Source: Paraspadella gotoi
Taxonomy: Eukaryota; Animalia; Chaetognatha
Direction: 5' to 3'
Assembly: GCA_051294375.1 (NCBI GenBank)
Contig: CM119267.1
Location: 16,158,543-16,222,542, forward strand
DNA: 64,000 bases
Below the pieces are notes generated by a model. That model did not search any database and was not told the DNA's origin. It saw nothing but the letters and a program-made list of their open reading frames with translations. The stretch's first letter is position 1; the number at the start of each line of letters is the position of its first letter. The position numbers were made by a program, and so were the translations under genes. Below are positions 1 to 14,300 of the stretch, one piece after another.

Positions 1-300
1 TTTTTTTTTTGAAGAGTTTTTAAGAAAAAAATGGAAATTTGTTCGCGACAAAGAAATGAAATAGAGTAGGGTTGAGAGAGGCAAAGGGCGGCAGATGAAA
101 ATTGAAGATATGGATAAAAATGTTAGATTTAAAAAAAAACAAAAAAAAGTTACAAAGATAAAACTAAACTAATTATTGAGATAAAAAAAAATCCTTTCAT
201 TTCGATTTTCGACCGACTCCGTCGCAAATTTATTTTCCGTCTGATCAATTCAATCGATTCGTCCAACGGATCGAAAGAAGAAAAAAAAAACACCAAATGA

Positions 301-350
301 TGACGTCACCCCGGAAGCGGTTGACGTCATCGTGGAAGTGGTTGACGTCA
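301..350. promoter_or_regulatory. Three perfect CRE palindromes (TGACGTCA) at 21-bp spacing, interleaved with ETS-like GGAAG cores
   Basis: TGACGTCA at 301-308, 322-329 and 343-350; CCGGAAG at 311-317 and GGAAGT at 334-339. Motifs seen directly; function is inferred. Confidence 0.45.
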
Positions 351-999
351 TCTCGTCTTTGTTAAGAAAAGGAGAAGACAGGATTATGACCTCGAGAGTC
401 GCGAAGGCCGAACGAGATGAGACTCTTTTTCCTGCTTCTTCTGTTTACTCTGTTTTTTTTTTACGTCGACTGTTTCTTCCCCGACTGTTTTTTTTACAAC
501 AGTTTCTTTCGAGACTGTTTTTTTTTTGAAAAGTGACAAATGAACATTTTTATAAGACTGAAAGGGTTTTAATTGAACAAAATAAATCTTAAAATAAAAT
601 ATAATTTAAGTTAGCGCCGTCGCATATGTCCTAGTTCAGCACGTAATATAATTTTTGCAATTTTCATAATGTTCTTTGAAATGTTAACGATCTCTTTAAA
701 TTTCTAACGTCAGTCTTGCTATTGTTATGGTTTAATTATAAAAAAANNNNNNNNNNNNNNNNNNNNNNNNNNNNNNNNNNNNNNNNNNNNNNNNNNNNNN
801 NNNNNNNNNNNNNNNNNNNNNNNNNNNNNNNNNNNNNNNNNNNNNNNNNNNNNNNNNNNNNNNNNNNNNNNNNNNNNNNNNNNNNNNNNNNNNTTTTTTT
901 TCAAGTTTTTAACTCCTTTCTTCCTTTGCTTCCCTCTCCACGTTGAAAGGGAAGCGTCGAGTTATAAAGGGCAGCCTCTCCGGCCTTCAAGGGTCAATA

Positions 1000-1138
1000 C
1001 AGCCTTTTGTCTGGAACCGGGTCACGTGGACGACCAAGCCGGGGATTACGAGAGGACAAGCCACGCCCCTTCTTCGCGATGGCATTGGCCGTTGTTTGGT
1101 GTGTTTGAAAAGCGAATAGGGAGCGTTTGACAAGGCTG
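1000..1138. mobile_element. Small TA-flanked element with terminal inverted repeats (Tc1/mariner-type MITE candidate)
   Basis: Left end TA|CAGCCTTTTGTC, right end GACAAGGCTG|TA. TA on both sides (998-999, 1139-1140). No coding capacity. Confidence 0.5.
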
Positions 1139-1335
1139 TATTTTATTGTAAAATATTTAACTAGACCGTAATTAACAATTAAATATTTGTTCAGTTGATT
1201 GATTCGATAGCAGCAAGTAAGGATTTGTCTCGGCATATGTAATTAAATTTTATTTTGATACACTTTGTGGTTTCCGCTGAGGGAGAATGCCAACTGATTC
1301 TTCGACTGTGCGATGCTAGATAAAGATGATGGCGG

Positions 1336-1336
<1 letters not shown>

Positions 1337-1367
<31 letters not shown>
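1337..1367. repeat. (GTC)n trinucleotide microsatellite
   Basis: Direct reading; the same motif recurs at ~3957, 4423, 12822, 14047, 38240 and 59840. Confidence 0.95.
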
Positions 1368-1368
<1 letters not shown>

Positions 1369-3293
1369 GGATAGAAAAAGGGAAAGGATAACGACAAATG
1401 CATCATTGGTGGCGGAGGTGGTAGCGGATGGCGGCGGCGTCGGCGGCCGCGGCTGCGGCGGCGCTGTCGCCGAAGCGTAGCAACAACGGAGGCGCTAATG
1501 AGGGCCTTTAAAGTCTATGGACTGTTGCGCTGCCGAGAATGAATTCTAAAAAAGGGAGGAGGAGTGATATCGAGGGAAGGAGAGATCGGCGGGGNNNNNN
1601 NNNNNNNNNNNNNNNNNNNNNNNNNNNNNNNNNNNNNNNNNNNNNNNNNNNNNNNNNNNNNNNNNNNNNNNNNNNNNNNNNNNNNNNNNNNNNNNNNNNN
1701 NNNNNNNNNNNNNNNNNNNNNNNNNNNNNNNNNNNNNNNNNNNNNNNNNNNNNNNNNNNNNAGAGAGAGAGAGTTTTTGAAATTAAGGGAAATTTAGCCG
1801 AACGGGACTCGGAGTGTGGCGTCAAAAATGGAATCGGTTTAAACGAGATATGTGTACGAGAATTTTCCTAGGCCCATGAGGATGAGCGAGAGAGAGAGTA
1901 AAAGTTGAAGAGAGAAATTTGGGGTAAGTGAACTTCTTGGTAAAGAATAAAGTGAAGCCGTGAGTTAATCACGAGAGCGAGTTCGTTGTACATTGTACAT
2001 GAAACGTAATTTAAACCGATGGATGTAAAGGCGGGGGTCAATGCGCCGAGATTAATGGCGCCTGGCTGAGAAAGAATCATGAGTGAGAGATAAGAGGCGA
2101 TAATGTGAGCGTATAATGTGAATGGTAGAGACGAAAAAAATAACTTGGAGAAACGTGAACGCTAAAGGGCGAAAGCGCTTTTTTTGCTTTAGTAAACGAA
2201 TTGTTTGTTGTCTCGTTAAATATACAAAATTTAAAAAAATAATTCATAAAAATAATTATATATAATATGAAATTTGAAAGGAACTTGTTAAAAAAATAAG
2301 ACTAAAAAAATAGATCATACGATAAAGATAAAATCAAGAGAACGGTCAAAACATATGTCAGCAAACAAAACTAAAGCACTAAATCAATATCAAAACATAC
2401 AAATTATAGAGGAAACTCATGCAACGGCCAAGAAAAAAAAAAGAGAAAAAAACAGCATTTCCGATTTTCAGATCACAGATTCCAGTGAGAAAAACTCACA
2501 TTAGCGATTGAGCCGACGAAACCCACGCGCCAGTGAAGTGAACGGCGAAGAACGGGGGGGGGGTAAGTCACTACCGCCGGGATTTAATGGCTATAAATAG
2601 ACTCGGCGCTCGGATCCTTTTAAGACGCGAGAAAAATCGAATTTCTATGTCGCAATTTCTCATTTTTTTTAGAAGAGATTGATAATGATGCGGTGCTGCT
2701 TGGGAAAGAATATTTTCAGAAGGTGCATTGTCGTTAATTTTTTAAGTTACAAATTAAGTGTTCAATGACAAGCTCTGTCCCTGTTTAGTGTTTTCTGCAA
2801 AACTGTTCAGTGTTTACTGTTATCATTTGCCCACTTTTAATAATCCTAAATCAAGATTTAAAGAAATACGTTGTAATTTTGTACTATTTCTCTTTTCTAT
2901 TTTTAAAATTCATTTCTCGAAGATGCTCTTTTACCTAGAATGTTCTTCGTATTCGTGGACCAGTCAACACATCTTGAGTTAAAAAAAAACTTTTAAAACT
3001 TTCTGACGAAAAAAGGAAAGAAAGGAAAGAACTTCGATATAAAGTAAGTAAACGAAAACCAAAGTCAGAAAGGGTTAGGGTAAAGAAAGGTTAGGGTAAA
3101 GAAAAATCTCAGAAAGAGGCTAAAGAAACTAATATAAAAAGAAAAAAAAAACGAAAAGGAATGAAAAAGCAAGAAAAAGAAAAAGGAAAAAAGATCGTTN
3201 NNNNNNNNNGAGTGAAGGAAGTAAAAAATCGTCCAAAGTTCGAGGGAAAAAAGAAGTATGGAAATTGAAGGAGCAAATGAAGAAAGTGTTTAA

Positions 3294-3296
<3 letters not shown>

Positions 3297-3358
<62 letters not shown>
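3297..3358. repeat. (GA)n microsatellite
   Basis: Perfect dinucleotide tract, representative of dozens in the window. Confidence 0.95.
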
Positions 3359-3359
<1 letters not shown>

Positions 3360-3861
3360 CAATAAACTCTAGAGAGCAGACGCATCAAGAAGCGCCGAAA
3401 TTGGGGGACGTTATTGACTTTTAAAGAAATCAGTTGAGTCCATTGCAAAGGATGGGTGCTGCAAATGAGGGATGCTGCATCTTCGAGTTGCTGCATCCGA
3501 AGCCGCTGCGTTGTTTGGGCGCTGCATCGACGGGGTACTGTAATAACTGCACAGGCTTCGGTGCCACGATTAGAAAAAGACGCGTACCGCCGTAGCGTGA
3601 CTCACCAAACTAGAAAAGTAAGAGAACGTTTCAATTTGCAGCATTACGAAGCGGTTAGTTGTGGGGAGTACCGCGTGGCGGCGTGGCGCGTATCGTGAGA
3701 AGAGGGGGAGGGGCAGCTCGCGGTAGACTCTATAGCTCGTGGAGCGAAGGGAGAAAAACGTCCTTTGTGAAGCTTTGATTAGTAATTGGATTATCTTGAC
3801 GCGAAACCAGAAGAGAGAGAGAGCGAGATACAGTGAGGGAAAGAGAGGGAGTGGGAGGAAA

Positions 3862-3919
<58 letters not shown>

Positions 3920-4420
3920 AGAGTAGAGTCGAACGCGGGACGCCAGAAACCACTTTCGTCGTCATCGTCGTCGTCGTCGTCGTCGTCGCCGCGCCATCCA
4001 AGTTTCCATGATTATTCGTGGTTATTCTCGACAGTGCCCTACTCGGCTGACACTGATGGGTCCCGATGTCCCAATCAGGGTTAAGGGTAAACAGGGTAAT
4101 AAACCACAATGATTAACCGAAAATCCGATATGATGACAGAGACGACGCCGTATCTGTCTCTTTCGTCCAGTTGTTGTTGTTATTATTTTTTTTAGTCGTC
4201 GTCTTTCTCGTCTTCCTTCTCTTTTAGCAAAAAAAAAAAAAAAGTAAAAAAAATCCGTTTCCCTCCCAAGAAAAGTCGGGCAGGCGATGCCAAGGCGAAA
4301 GGCTTGGTAAGGCTTGGTAAGTGCCATGAGGAGGAAACAAGAAGGAAGTCTGGAATTAAAAAGTAAGTTCTCCCGAGAGGAACCGAATCTTTCAGCTGTA
4401 AAATCGACGACGCCGACGAG

Positions 4421-4422
<2 letters not shown>

Positions 4423-4463
<41 letters not shown>
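4423..4463. repeat. (GAC)n microsatellite
   Basis: Direct reading; source of the poly-T/poly-S/poly-V pseudo-ORFs here. Confidence 0.95.
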
Positions 4464-4464
<1 letters not shown>

Positions 4465-5558
4465 TAACGGGAACGGACATGAATGATTTGAGCTTTTGTC
4501 TGTGGGAAGCATGCATTCTTTTCCCGGAGGCAGATTCTCCTTTTTTGAACGAAGGGCGGAAACGCAAAAGCAAAAAAGAAAAAAGAAAAATATTTTTTTT
4601 TCGGCGATATTATGTTACCTCGATTCCTCTCGACGAATCGTCTCCGAGATGTTTGAAGAAATAGTAAATTATAACAAACAATGTGATGCGGATGGACATG
4701 AACCTGGCAAACTGATTTCTAATCGAATGAGGTTGAAAATTAGACTCTTTGCAAGATTCATTGGCTACACAATCAGGCGTCGAACATTCTTCGTTTAACC
4801 TGTCCTACTTTCCCTCCTCCAAACGCCTTCAGCTTTCTTCTTTCATCACCCACTCTGTCAAAGAAATAACTCAAGCTCCTCTCTTTTCATACTTACCCCC
4901 ATCCAGACCCCATCCGCCCTCTTCCCTACCCCTACTTCCCAAATTGATCCTCCACCATTCCCTGCCCATTTGATCCTTTGAGGAAAAAGGCCAAGGCCGG
5001 GCCTTCGACTGGGTTGGTCCGCTGGCTCAAAAGGAAGTCTCGCGGAGAACCGAGGTTAATTCATTGGGCGAGAGGAGAGGAGTTGGAAGACCGACCGAGA
5101 CCGACCGAGACCGACCGACAGACCAACCGTCCTTCTTTCCTCGTCGCCAAAAAAAAAAAAAAAAAAAAACCTGTTGCATAAATCTTCAGCCAAGATTCTT
5201 TTTATTTCCTTGTTTCAATAGGGACGATTTTTGTTCAAAGGCAAAAGCCTATTTTTCTTTTTCCTTTCTCGCGACTCCGTTTCAGCCCCCCCCCTTCCCT
5301 GCCTCCCCGAAAACACCACGGCCCGTGTCCTGAACCCGGCCCCATATCCTTTCGCTCTCACCCTTTCCTTCCTTTCGCTAACAACTGTACGAGAGTCTTG
5401 AGAAAAGAGGAGGGGAAAATGAGAAAAAAAATTGACTCTAAAGTTCTCGCTCTTTCTCTCTCTCTTACTTTTCATTCTCTCCTTTTCCCTCCCTCTATCT
5501 CTCTCTCTGTCTCTCTCTATCCCTAACCTTCATTCCCATACTTCCCTCACTTCCCTCA

Positions 5559-5564
<6 letters not shown>

Positions 5565-5638
<74 letters not shown>
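5565..5638. repeat. (CT)n microsatellite
   Basis: Direct reading. Confidence 0.95.
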
Positions 5639-5644
<6 letters not shown>

Positions 5645-6986
5645 CTCTCGCTTTTCAGTTTTCAAAAGCAGTTTTATCTCTTTTCCTTTTTTTAGCAATT
5701 TGCGTGCGAGGCGGCTCCCTCATGAGGGCGGAGGTGGAAGGGTGGCGGGAAAAGAAAATTTCGGGTGGGATGGGATAAGGTAAGGTAGTTGAGCGGCTGG
5801 GTGAGGGAATAGATTGATCAGTTAGTGCTTGTGATTTGTGGAGAATTGCGTGAACGGACGAGTTGACCGTTTCGAAGTGACGTGAAGGAGGGAGAGGTGC
5901 AACAGTGTGACAGTCCTTCAAATGCCATGTTGAGTGAGTAAATATGAATATAAAAAGCCAATGAGTCACCCCCGCTTCCTTGTGGTGGTCGACAGTGGGA
6001 GGGCTCGGCCCCACAAAGAGACGAGGGAAAGAGAGAGAGAGAGAGACAGAGGCGTCGAAGGAAAGTAGAAACAACTGGTGGTCCATAACCTGCGCGTGAT
6101 CGGCCGTCGAATGACCGACTAGTCTTCCGTCCGGCTGGGAAACCATAAACTAGATTTTCCGGTCAACTGCCGGAAGGATTTTTTTTTTTGTGTCCGTGGG
6201 TCTGTCGGTCCGTCATTCGGTCAGTCCGTCGTTCGTTTTCCTCTTCCGTCTCGGACAGACCGCAATCCCGGGATCGGATGGACGATTGGACGGCTCGAAA
6301 GCCGGCCGGCCGGCGGCTGCCGCGGCCGGCGGCGACAGCGGCGACCGGCAGCGACCGGCGGCGCCGATCTAACGTCCGGCGTCACGCGAAGTTTTGATAA
6401 AAAAAGCCGAGGACTGGTTTTTCGTCCCTCGCGGCGACGAAGGGGGAAATCGCCGCTGTTACCGGAAATGGTCTCTCGTGGCGTCTACGACGCCGGGGAG
6501 ATGGAAAAGAACGGCGCCGAAATTTGGCTCGTGCGGCGCCGAGAACGCCGTTAAATGGAAATGTAAGCTTGAGTGCGTTCCAGAAAAGTTCAATAACTAA
6601 ATATATTATGATTTTATCCCATAAGAAAAGAACACGTGAAATCAGAAACTGAGCGCTCCAAATAGTAACGATTGTATTTGAGTGAAAAAAGGAAAGTATT
6701 TTTAAAGAAAACTGCGAGAAAAAACGAACAAATGAAAATGTAAATGAAGTTGGAAACCGGGAAAAGCTACATTCGTGGGTCGAAAAGCAGAAAGGGATGG
6801 ATATGGAGGAAAAGAAGGAAATAAGAAAAGGAGGAAGGAAAAAAGGAAAGAAATGGAGATCTCAGAGGAAAAGAAGGAAAGAAAAAAAAAAGGAGGAAGG
6901 AAAAAGGAAAGAGAAGGAAGGGACACATTTTGACCAAAAACTTCAGACGCTAAGAAAAATGGGTCAAAAAATGGGCGGACAATTGG

Positions 6987-7028
<42 letters not shown>

Positions 7029-7604
7029 ACCAGAGGAAAAGGAAATGAAATAAGCGAAAGACCCGAAGGAAAGCAACACGAAAAGAATTTTTTTTTAAAT
7101 GTTAAGAAAAAAATAGAAACAAATTTGGAAAACACGACATCGACTCTGAATTCGAAGACTTGATGAGAAAATGGAAAAACAAAAGTACACAAGTCAACGA
7201 CGCCATCGAAAATTGCGCGGAAATTTGGCATGTGACATAAATAGTTTAACTTTTAGTTATATATTTTATTATATAACCTAAAGGACAAGGCCTCCGTTCT
7301 CTACTTTCACTGCTGCTTCAACGAAGTTTCACTCTCGTTCCACTTCGCTTCCATCGCTGTTCGCGTCGACGTCGACGTCGGCCCGGAAACCCTGGATCCC
7401 CATAAAAACGCCTCCCATTCGCTCGTTGACGAAGCCACCCTCCCAACCCCCTACGTGCACAAATCACCCTCCTCCCCGTCCCTCTGATGCCTCCCTTCAC
7501 CCTTCATTGGAATAGAAAAAAAAAGTGGTGTACTGCATCGGAATAAGGGTTACGCACTGCGACCAAAGGTCGAGAAAGCGTTCGACTGGAGGAAAAAGAT
7601 TGAC

Positions 7605-7635
<31 letters not shown>

Positions 7636-9102
7636 AGAAGAGAAGAGGAGAGAGAGAGAGAGAGGAGAGAGAGATTGGAGAGTGAGAGAAAATAAAAAAG
7701 AAAGCGAGAGCTATTAAATTGTTTATTCAATTAAGTACCGTGGGAAGAATACAGAAAATCAGTAAAACCATCTTGAAAATTCTAAGAGAAGATTTTCCAC
7801 CTTTTTATAAATATATATTTTTATTTTTATTAAAATCAAACGTATTGATTTCATCAATTTAGTAAAAATCATTTTAAATCATTTGCTTTGTTTTACCAAA
7901 GCGACGTTCACCACAATTTCGGATGCGCTTTTGTTTATAGTCCGTCGCAGGATGCAGTCACGTGACTCAATCACGGGAACGACTGTCGTTTCGCCCCCTA
8001 CCGTCAACCGACTGACGTCGAGTGTTGGTCATTAAAAGTAGCCGCGCGTCACATTCGTTCCATGGAACAAAAAAAAAACATGGAACGAATGATCTCTTTT
8101 ACGGGTTAAGATCTTTAAAAAATACCGTAAATGATACGAGATATTTCTTATTTTATTATATTTCTTTGAGTGAAATTGATAATATTTTTTTTCTTCTCGC
8201 CAGAACTTTTTCTTAAAAAACCCAGTCTCTTCAAAGCTCGCGCATGGGGAGAATGGAATCCCGGATTTCCCAATTTTTATGGGGCGAAAATATTTGCGCC
8301 GATTGCTGCTCCGTCGTGTTCGGCGTCGCTGCCGCTGCCGTCGCCGCTGTCGGCGTGAGCTGACTTGCACCGGCCCCCTGCGCAATTATAATTTAACAGA
8401 AAAAAAAAGATAAACAAAAAATAAAAAAACAACGACCTGAACACAATATTTATTTATTTGCATTTTTTTTTGGTTCCCACGACAACCAAAACATCGTTAG
8501 GCAACAATAATAAAACAAAGGAAAATAAAAATTGCAACCAACGCCATCTGGAAAAAAAGAGAGAGTGAGAGAGAGAGCGAGAGAGAGAGAGAGAGAGNNN
8601 NNNNNNNNNNNNNNNNNNNNNNNNNNNNNNNNNNNNNNNNNNNNNNNNNNNNNNNNNNNNNNNNNNNNNNNNNNNNNNNNNGAGAGAGAGAGAGGAAGCG
8701 CGCGAGAGAGATTCAAACATACATAACACGCGGCAACAAAACACGAGACGCAAAAATGGGAAAAAATTGGCGGGAATTCAAAATCGATTTGGTATCGAGA
8801 GGGCGGGAGGTTTCTCGTCCATGGAAACGACGGCCAAAGGGGTCTTCGATGCGAGGCGAGGGTAAGTTCTGGGTCTGGGTCGAGCGAAAGAGTGAAGAGT
8901 GAGGAATCCAAAGAGCATTCGTCTCTATATTCGTTTTGGAAGGACGTGGCATCGGGGAGTCGACGGAAAGAGAAGCGCGCCCGGTTTTTTTTTTTATTTC
9001 CCTTCCACTCGTTAAAATTGGCCGCGAACTAATTGGAAATAAACAAATCCGGAGGATAAAAAAGCGAAACGAAAAGTTTTGGGACGTTTGAGTGGAGAGA
9101 AA

Positions 9103-9221
<119 letters not shown>

Positions 9222-9651
9222 GAGGATAAAAAAAAATCGATTTGATTTTATTGGGAACCTTGTTTGATTTTTCAGTTTTGTTTCTCATCCTTTGGGTATT
9301 ACATTGTTTCTCGAATTTTTTTCGAATAAACAATTCACTTTTTGCTATTCACTAGTTTTCTATTATAGATCTTAATTAATTGTTTTCATATTGATTCTAT
9401 ATACGCAAGTTTCGGTTTGTTTAATTTTAATTTATTTTTTTAATATTCTCTTTTTTATTTTTTGCTCAATTTTTGTCTTTCAATTCATTTCCTTTCCAAC
9501 GTTTTTTTTCTCTTTTTTTTTACTTCATGTTCATTTTCTACTCAACTTTTTCCCTTTTTCTTTTCATTTTTCCTCTTTAGCTTCTTTTCCTCCCTGTTTC
9601 TTCTCTTTCCTTCCCGGCGCGGTCTTCTCTAACGCTGGGATCAATTAAAAT

Positions 9652-9720
<69 letters not shown>

Positions 9721-10650
9721 CTAATCTCATTTAAGATTCAAATATGATAAGTCGCGCTTCTAGCACGGACCGCAAAAATAAAATTTTTGAACTTCCGCGT
9801 CATTTTTCAAACTAGGCTTGTTTTTAAACGTAAGAAAAAAGAAACCGTTTAATTTTGTTTTAGACGAGTTAATTAACCATGTATTCCGCTTTTTGGAATA
9901 ATGTTAATTTCGGCATCGGATTTCTTTTCTGGTTCTCCCGGATTTAAATCGAACAACGCATTAGCGTCTTACTCTCTTTCATTTACATCCCTTCTTCCCG
10001 AAAACATGAATCCCAAGTTTTTGAAACAATTTACATCACTTTTTGGAATCACGTTTACTTAAAAAAATGTGTATTTTAGCGCCGTTCTTGGAAAAAAAAA
10101 CAACTTTATACAATTTTTCGCTCACTATGTCCCCGATTGCTCATGTATTTTTAGTTACCCACCCATTTTTAGAGTTACAAGACGTTATTTATTTTCCAGT
10201 TTTTTTTTTTCGAATCTCTCTCAACTGATTTTTTTTTCCTTCACCTTTATATCTCTTTACCTTTTATTACTCCGCCCCTCTCACGTTCTACACACCCCCC
10301 TCCCCTTTTGGAATCCTTTTCGTCGTCCCCATTTGTCGACGTCGAAAACAGAAAAAAAAATGGTGAAAGAAAAAAGTCGGTTTGTTCCTTGTAAAGAATG
10401 AAAGCGAAATGGAGAAGCGAATGACTCGAAATCTGGAAGAGAGACGAGACGAGATTCGGTTGATCAGAGCCGAAGATCGACCAATCAAAGTGAATGTGTG
10501 AATATTGTTTATTTGTGAAGTTAGATGCAGTTAGAGTGCATCGCTTCAACTAAAATGAAATCAACCATGATTCTAATGAAGCTAAATTTTATTAAAAGAA
10601 GCGAGCACGAATTGCGAGCAATGTCCGCTTCTTTACTTTCGCCATCGCAA

Positions 10651-10699
10651 CTACATTACCTAACATTACCCTACATTACCCTACATTACCCTACATTAC
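10651..10699. repeat. 10-bp tandem repeat (CTACATTACC) x5
   Basis: ctacattacc taacattacc ctacattacc ctacattacc ctacattac. Confidence 0.9.
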
Positions 10700-10823
10700 G
10701 TACCTCCAGTACATATATTCCCCATCGCATCACTGAGATAAATCGATCAGCAGAGAACTGTGTATTGTTCTTGCCATCTCTTATCTTCAACCATTCTATC
10801 TTTCATTTAATATCACCCTCTTA

Positions 10824-10923
<100 letters not shown>

Positions 10924-11209
10924 TCGACCTTCTTCCCTTTTACCATCGTTTTCCTCAATTCTCTTACTCTCATATCTAATCATATTTTTTCGCCTCACAT
11001 CACACAAGTCGCAACTCCTTACGGGAAACCTTCTCTTTTTTCTTACCTCTCTATTCATTGACTACCTCTCTTCTCTTTTTCTTCCTCTTCTCTTTTTTCT
11101 TACCTCTCTATTTATTCACTACCTCTCTTCCCTTCTTCCCCTTTCCCCTAGAGACACAACCTCGGCGTCGGATCGCATTACGTTCATCTTTTATCTCCGT
11201 TTCGGCTTA

Positions 11210-11211
<2 letters not shown>

Positions 11212-11298
<87 letters not shown>
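11212..11298. repeat. (CT)n microsatellite
   Basis: Direct reading. Confidence 0.95.
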
Positions 11299-11303
<5 letters not shown>

Positions 11304-14300
11304 TCGAGTTTTTTTTCCTTCTACCTTGTTGCGCAACGCATGTATTCATTTACCGAAAGAAGCAGAAGAACTAAAGATCTTATTCTATCCCCTCCTACTT
11401 ACTCCTCTTCCTCCTCCTCTTCCTCCTCTTCCTCCTCTTCCTCACATCCAAATGCGAGGCGTCGTTTTCTTCATTAACAACGACTCCGCAATCCGCATTT
11501 CCTTTTTTTTCCTTTCTTCCTTTTTTTTTTTTGAAGAGTCCTCACATCCAAGGCGTCCTTCGCTAATTCTATCTTCGTTCCATTTTTTAACCCTCTCCAT
11601 CTCTCTCCCTTCGAGATTAAATATTTTTTTTGCATCAAATCAGTTTTTTTACTCCGTCGTTTTTGGCAAAACTTACCCAATCATCTCCTGCCGTTTAAAC
11701 TTTTCCTTTTCCCCCTCCTCCTCCTCCTCCTCCTCCTCCTCCATCCTCTCTTTCACTTCCTCTCCATATTTTCATACTTTTTTTCTCTCTCCATCTCACC
11801 TCAGCCCCCTTCCACTCCCCCCCCTAATTTTTTTTTTTTTTATCTGACCGCCGTTTTGATGCTGATCTTTAAGCCATTTGCCAATATCTCTCTCCACGCA
11901 GGACAGAGTGATGGCTTCTGGTGGCCAACCCAATCCCGGCTGCCGGCGAACGGTGCGGGGTGGGGGGGGGTTAAGGAAGAAAAGGGAGGGTGAGGAAAAC
12001 CCGGATGTGGAAGCCGGAAAGGATGACGTCCGCAATTAAAGTAAGTTGAAAAGGGTTGGGGACAAGAGAGAAGGGTGGGCGGGGTGAGGGGGGGGGAAAA
12101 GACGAGATCGAGATTCGGAAAAGTTTTCGACATTTTTTTTTGAAAACGGAAAAGAGGAGGCAGCGTTTGCTGGAAATTTGCTCGAGCAGACGATGGTGGA
12201 ATCGCGGGTTTTTTTGACAGATGATGACGGGGTTGTTGTTGACTTACGATAAAACGTTTCGATTTGAACTAATACTAATAGTAACTATTAACTAATGTAC
12301 TCGACGGGGGAAAAAGCGATAAGTGGAGAGAATGTTGTACAATTTGAAGACCTATTAAAAAAACATTAAAAAACATTAAAAAACAAAAACCAAAACGGAA
12401 CAGTATGGAACAACTTTGGGTCTGTTGCTACCCGATGGAATCGTTGAACCTTAAAACGGGTAATGTTCGAAAGGGGAAACTTGATAAGGCAAGTACATTG
12501 TCATTATTCGATGGGAAATAAGGAGACATATATTAAAAAAATATAGTTAAGTGTTCGGATCAGAAAAATAAAAACAACCCCGTTGAAATGAAGATGCGGG
12601 TGACAGTGGGAAAAAATGAGCGACGCTCGGAATGGAGTGTGGGTCGGGATGTGGCGGATGTGGGGAGCGTGTGGGCGTGTGGGGGCGTGGTTACTGGTTA
12701 AGGTGAAGCGGTCTGACGTCAAGGCGAACCCGGGTGACAGTGACGAGGCCGGCGCGGCGGAGAAACGCGTCGTGAGACGTGAAACCTCCGACAGGAAAGT
12801 CACCGTTTCGTGTTTCACTCGACGCCGACGACGACGACGACGACGCCGACGATGCAAGTGACACTTTGCCGAGAAAAGAACAGTTCGCTTTGGGTTAAGA
12901 AATTATGTCTTCTTGTAATCGGTGAAAAACGTTGTTGTTAAAAACTACATTATTTTATATTATTTTAGTTAGTTTCCACGGCCAAAATTGTATGTATATA
13001 TATTCTTTCCCCGTTCCTCCGAATTCATTTTTTTTTTGGGAACGAGAACATATTTTTTTAAATATATTGGAAAACCGTGACAAGCCGAGTCAGGAAATGA
13101 AACTGAAAAAAAAATAAATAAAAAAAAATAAGGGCAGAAAAGTTTTTCATTGATTTTTTTTTTTCCAACCCGGATTTTTCTCCATGAACGTCACTCAATG
13201 TCTCGAATCCATTCCGTTCGATTTGTGCCCATCCCAGTCCCATCCCAGAGACCCACTCACAACCCTGTTTCATTGCGTCCTACCCGATCGTTTAAATGTA
13301 TGTACTTCTCCCTCAACAAAGCAGATCTTATGTATATCGGAGATTGGATGTAGTTTAAAGGTTAATCGTAATATTAATCTTAATCTTAATCTTAATGTTT
13401 TTTGTTTACCCTTCAAGATTCCAACGACGTATTACCAGAAACTCCGTTTTTCATAAAAACCCGTATTGCCTACGTCTTTACCTACTAACTCACAGACAAA
13501 GCTCAATACTATTGCTCAATCTTAAAATCTGTTGGAACGTGCCACTCACCACTCACCACTTACCATTCACCTCACCCCGCCACCCTTCCTATCCACATGC
13601 CACATTCCCGCCATCCTTAAAACGACCGACGGTTTTTTTTTCTCGAGGAAATGGCGGCCTATTGGGTAAACCCAGGTTTGACCCAAGGCCCAGCGGTCAA
13701 ACATTCGCCCCCAGTTTGCGACATTTCTTATTTCTTCTACTTTGTTTATTTTTCATTTCTCTTATTTCTAATTTCCCTTTTTAAATAGTCATACTCTCTC
13801 CTCTCTCCTCTCCTCTCTCCTCTCTCTCCTCTCTCTCTCTCTTCTCTCTCTCTCTCTTCTCTCTCTCTCTTCTCTTCCTCTCTCTCTTCTCGTTCTCTCT
13901 TCTCTGCCAGTTTTCTCGTACCATTTATTTAATTTCCTAGTCTCTAAAAACGCATCTTAATAAAATCAACAAATCTTTCTCGTATTAGATTTGGTTGTAT
14001 CGAGTGTCTAGAGCTTCTTAAAAGCTTCGGTGCAATAGCGTCGATGACGACGACGACGACGACAGCGACGACGATATTTTCGTCGTAGGTGACAAAGACG
14101 AACATGAAATTGATGAATCTGACAAAATCTAAATAAATGGACCGAAGAAAGTTGTCCAATCATTCCAAAAAATGTTCACCTTTAATTTAAATCGACGAAA
14201 GAGGTCATAGAAGTCAGCAGCTTCGACACCGGCGACCCAATCGCCTTCAACGATGACATCAACGGCGTTTGGACGACTGAAACGATGACTACCAATGACG

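Noticed and set aside
3071-3104. GGTTAGGGTAAAGAAA x2 containing TTAGGG
   Set aside because: Only two isolated hexamers inside a short duplication, not a telomeric array.
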